DNA of 20,000 nt from an uncultured virus (IMG/VR IMGVR_UViG_3300008107_006367) (taxonomy: Duplodnaviria; Heunggongvirae; Uroviricota; Caudoviricetes): IMG/VR virus record IMGVR_UViG_3300008107_006367. One strand, written 5' to 3'. Both the position numbers and the translations under genes were made by a program. Position 1 is the first letter of the stretch. Each line of letters opens with the position of its first letter. Positions 18,301 through 20,000 of the stretch are shown here, piece after piece. The notes under the pieces were generated by a model. That model was given only the letters and a program-made list of their open reading frames with translations. It had not been told where the DNA came from and did not search any database.

Positions 18301-20000
18301 TGGAGCAGCTGTATGTGCAGACCCAAATGCAAATAGAAGAGAAGTAGAGAGAAGTTTGAGAGATACAGACTATGAAGAAATAACCGATATGTCTGTTAAG
18401 TTGGGATTATTAAAAGAAGAAGTTCCAGCTCCGGAGCAAAAAAAAAGTAAAGCTCAAATCATAGGTGAATTTATTAAATTCGCAAAAGATAGATTATCTT
18501 TAAACCGATTACCATTTCAAATAAAATTAATAAAGGATAACGAATTTGCTACTACATTTAAATCGTATGGTGGGTATGACCCAAATACAGATGAAATTTA
18601 TGTGTATGTATCAAATAGAAGTATGCCTGATATTCTTAGAACATTAGCGCATGAGTTGGTTCATCTTAAACAAAGACAAGATGGTGTAATAGGTGGGGTT
18701 GAAGATGGTGAAACAGGCTCCGATGTAGAAAACGAAGCAAATGCAGCAGCTGGAATTCTATTAAGAGATTTCGGCAGAAGAAACGGACACATTTACGAAT
18801 CCAAACAAATGATTAATGAGGGTGGGGCATATGGACATATGAATCATCCATTTGATATTTCAATGAACCTTACATTTGGTGATTTGAAAAAAATTATCAA
18901 TAACGCTTTAGATGGTAAGTTAGGAGTTGTAAGAGAAAAAACCGATGGACAAGCATTAGCAATCAGTTGGAAAAATGGTAAACTAATAGCAGCTCGTAAT
19001 AAAGGACATTTAGCAAATGGTGGAGCAAGTGCATTAGATATGAATGCTTTAGCATCTAAATTTGGTGGTAGAGGTGCATTGAGTGATGCATACAATTTCG
19101 CAATGAGAGATTTGTATTCAGCAATTAGTGGATTAGGAGAGAAAGAAAGACAGAGCATATTCAAAGATGGTTCAGCGTTTTGTAATTTAGAGGTAATCTA
19201 TCCACAAAATGCAAATGTAATTCCTTATGGGCAAAATCTATTGGTATTTCACAACGTTGTTGAATATGATGAGAAGGGAAACGCAGTTGGGGCTGTAAAA
19301 GGTGCTGAAAGTAAATTAGCATCGATGATTAAAAATATAAATAAGCACGTACAAAGTACATATACATTACAAGGCCCACCAATTACTAAACTACCAAAAG
19401 ATGAAAAGTTGAGTTCTCAAAAAGGAAAATTCAATGGTATGTTATCCAGATTACAATCAGAATTTGGATTATCTGATAAAGATGGCGTAGCAGAATATCA
19501 TTATGCTTGGTGGATGAATTTCGTAAATAAATCTAAAAAAAATCTTGCACAATTAGAAAAAGAAGGATTGGCAAGAAGATGGGCATTTGATAACAAATCA
19601 TTTACAATTAAATCAATTGCAGATGAAGATGCTAGAAAATGGGCAGATGGGGTTGATAAAGATGCAAAGGATAAAATTATGAAAGGAAATCTTCGTAAAT
19701 TTGAAGATATCTTTTTAGGAGTTGGTGCAGAAGTATTATCATTTATGAGTTCAGTACTAACCGCACAGCCTGATTCAGCATTACAATCTATAAAAGCATC
19801 ATTAGAATCATCAATATCTGATATTAGAAATGGTGGTAGTGAAGCTCAAATAAAAAGATTAGAAAAAGAATTGGCTAGATTAAATGCCATTGGCGGATTT
19901 GAAAAATTAGTTCCAAATGAAGGATTAGTATTTTTCTACAAAGGAAATACCTATAAATTAACCGGCACATTTGCTCCGTTAAATCAAATTTTAGGAATTT
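15353..20000 (+). CDS. Large multidomain protein (>=1549 aa, 3'-partial): HIGH-type cytidylyl/nucleotidyltransferase + Gly/Ala-rich segment + HExxH metallopeptidase + KxDG ligase-like nucleotidyltransferase
   Basis: GTG 15353 follows an in-frame TAA at 15341, and the same frame is open to the window end (...FAPLNQILGI). Motifs: SGRFQPFHKGH (HKGH 15413-15424), ISGTDVR (15776-15796), AHELVH (HELVH 18650-18664) with ENEAN (18728-18742), EKTDG (18935-18949), NLEVIY (~19184-19201), EGLV (19919-19930) and YKLTG (19952-19966). Confidence 0.9.
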   Translation, partial: MDKPEVKKTIVVYSGRFQPFHKGHYAAYQKLVSKFGANNVYIGTSDKTDSGKSPFNFKEKVVIMGKMFGIPPSKIVKVSNPYAPKEILAKYDGKTTQYIAAVGEKDASRLAGKYFKPYKGKAGYGYDEIGYTYIIPSDPNPISGTDVRKWLSSDNAEKLFLKAYPKFDKEIYKMITNKLIKEEFIKGYPSKEDVKKIQKKNDDIRSVATTDDSYVYDPIAEQIAKLVFEADNFIEEYFLEEEPNPVMDKEITYTSSNGKKKKITVRGALRLPKDHEAHIQAAKLVGPNDAPANEPKGKAATQADKPAAPGQPVKKGQTAQGKADAKPKGDGAEKGGEKQAPPPEQKLSGAELKSDAEKRASGEETKETDKEKKEREFKEGINNQIKKEKEGLSHEENKVYEFLDGISDEDKAAAIDDALNKRNIIQKIAQDTMIGGWIAKKGKQLKDTAEGISSFVRTGKTGMTEDCSGTPAGPHAKSGWSMNEDANDRQNYLSSLGKDGKQKEKPKKPKDKSNCKEVHYTDYQKRDENGKKVYKEEPAYKQGAGKPDPKDLKDGAYYGGLGTGYIGPRKAGNEYGNVSKEDAFKANELDSETGFFKRDDKYYDKDGLEVDKKGNSLGADGKPTQETKLKLWPLPPKRVPKTNKIPEYEDDLSPEQKHLAHESHHKSHEQNHAIAHTVMEAAAVVGGAVYGPAILGKMGIGAAAGGHAGGHGAAELAKHIAKDAAKHATMEIMGMRNIGGMAGAGLGASAVTGGLLEGLIKEMSLLSEADEEEFNKKFFLKLIKMQAEALKNYKMTPEQKLESLITYKLSKEKKEQDNKKQNLLNLIKTEDINVDVDKGDTVLMGKFKNKKVDIKDIGTDDHGMPTINGKQATTFRKINEINKGFFKGKIKIGGQPVDVEVELVGADNKNREFVTKVIGIDKKYQSKLPIGSTLPIPSKVFRWGGWVKIKVPSAFNEVGHGDWHYKAIMKMWDKAGSFGRKKIGAAVCADPNANRREVERSLRDTDYEEITDMSVKLGLLKEEVPAPEQKKSKAQIIGEFIKFAKDRLSLNRLPFQIKLIKDNEFATTFKSYGGYDPNTDEIYVYVSNRSMPDILRTLAHELVHLKQRQDGVIGGVEDGETGSDVENEANAAAGILLRDFGRRNGHIYESKQMINEGGAYGHMNHPFDISMNLTFGDLKKIINNALDGKLGVVREKTDGQALAISWKNGKLIAARNKGHLANGGASALDMNALASKFGGRGALSDAYNFAMRDLYSAISGLGEKERQSIFKDGSAFCNLEVIYPQNANVIPYGQNLLVFHNVVEYDEKGNAVGAVKGAESKLASMIKNINKHVQSTYTLQGPPITKLPKDEKLSSQKGKFNGMLSRLQSEFGLSDKDGVAEYHYAWWMNFVNKSKKNLAQLEKEGLARRWAFDNKSFTIKSIADEDARKWADGVDKDAKDKIMKGNLRKFEDIFLGVGAEVLSFMSSVLTAQPDSALQSIKASLESSISDIRNGGSEAQIKRLEKELARLNAIGGFEKLVPNEGLVFFYKGNTYKLTGTFAPLNQILGI

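Noticed and set aside
18438..18446. A9 homopolymer as a phase-variation or frameshift site
   Set aside because: The frame is intact (Q-K-K-S), and A-runs are common in this AT-rich sequence.
168..19164. All minus-strand ORFs in the track (61-123 aa)
   Set aside because: They lie antisense to long motif-bearing + strand genes, have no recognisable motifs, and are best explained as shadow ORFs.
15324..20000. Apparent 4.7-kb non-coding or recoded region implied by the ORF track
   Set aside because: This is an artefact. One frame is open throughout in the standard code and simply has no stop before the window end.
1..20000. Stop-codon reassignment (no gene ends in TAG)
   Set aside because: All genes read through intact in code 11 with no in-frame TAG. 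TAA dominance is expected in AT-rich DNA, so there is no evidence either way.
1..20000. CRISPR arrays, tRNA/rRNA genes, transposases, inteins and terminators
   Set aside because: There is no intergenic space for them, and I saw no regular repeats, hairpin-plus-T-tract structures or diagnostic motifs by eye.

Overview
AT-rich, gene-dense window with all credible genes on the + strand. It most likely comes from a large tailed (T4-like) phage genome, which is an inference from gene content. Positions 1-15323 form one tightly coupled glycan/surface-modification cluster. It contains a partial lipoyl-domain protein, two radical SAM enzymes with N-terminal Cys-rich (twitch-like) domains, three extended-SDR nucleotide-sugar enzymes, an RmlC-like epimerase and a miniaturised, separated ThDP-dependent E1-alpha/E1-beta pair. 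It also carries four paralogous putative glycosyltransferases, two paralogous SGNH-like proteins, a LamG-like protein and a 45-aa ORF missed by the track. From 15353 (GTG) to the window end runs one uninterrupted ORF of at least 1549 codons, absent from the supplied track because it has no stop inside the window. It combines a HIGH-type nucleotidyltransferase, a Gly/Ala-rich hydrophobic segment, several small modules, an HExxH zinc metallopeptidase and a KxDG ligase-like domain. These modules are separated by hydrophobic-x-E motifs that resemble prohead-protease cleavage sites, making the ORF a candidate capsid-packaged multi-enzyme polyprotein.
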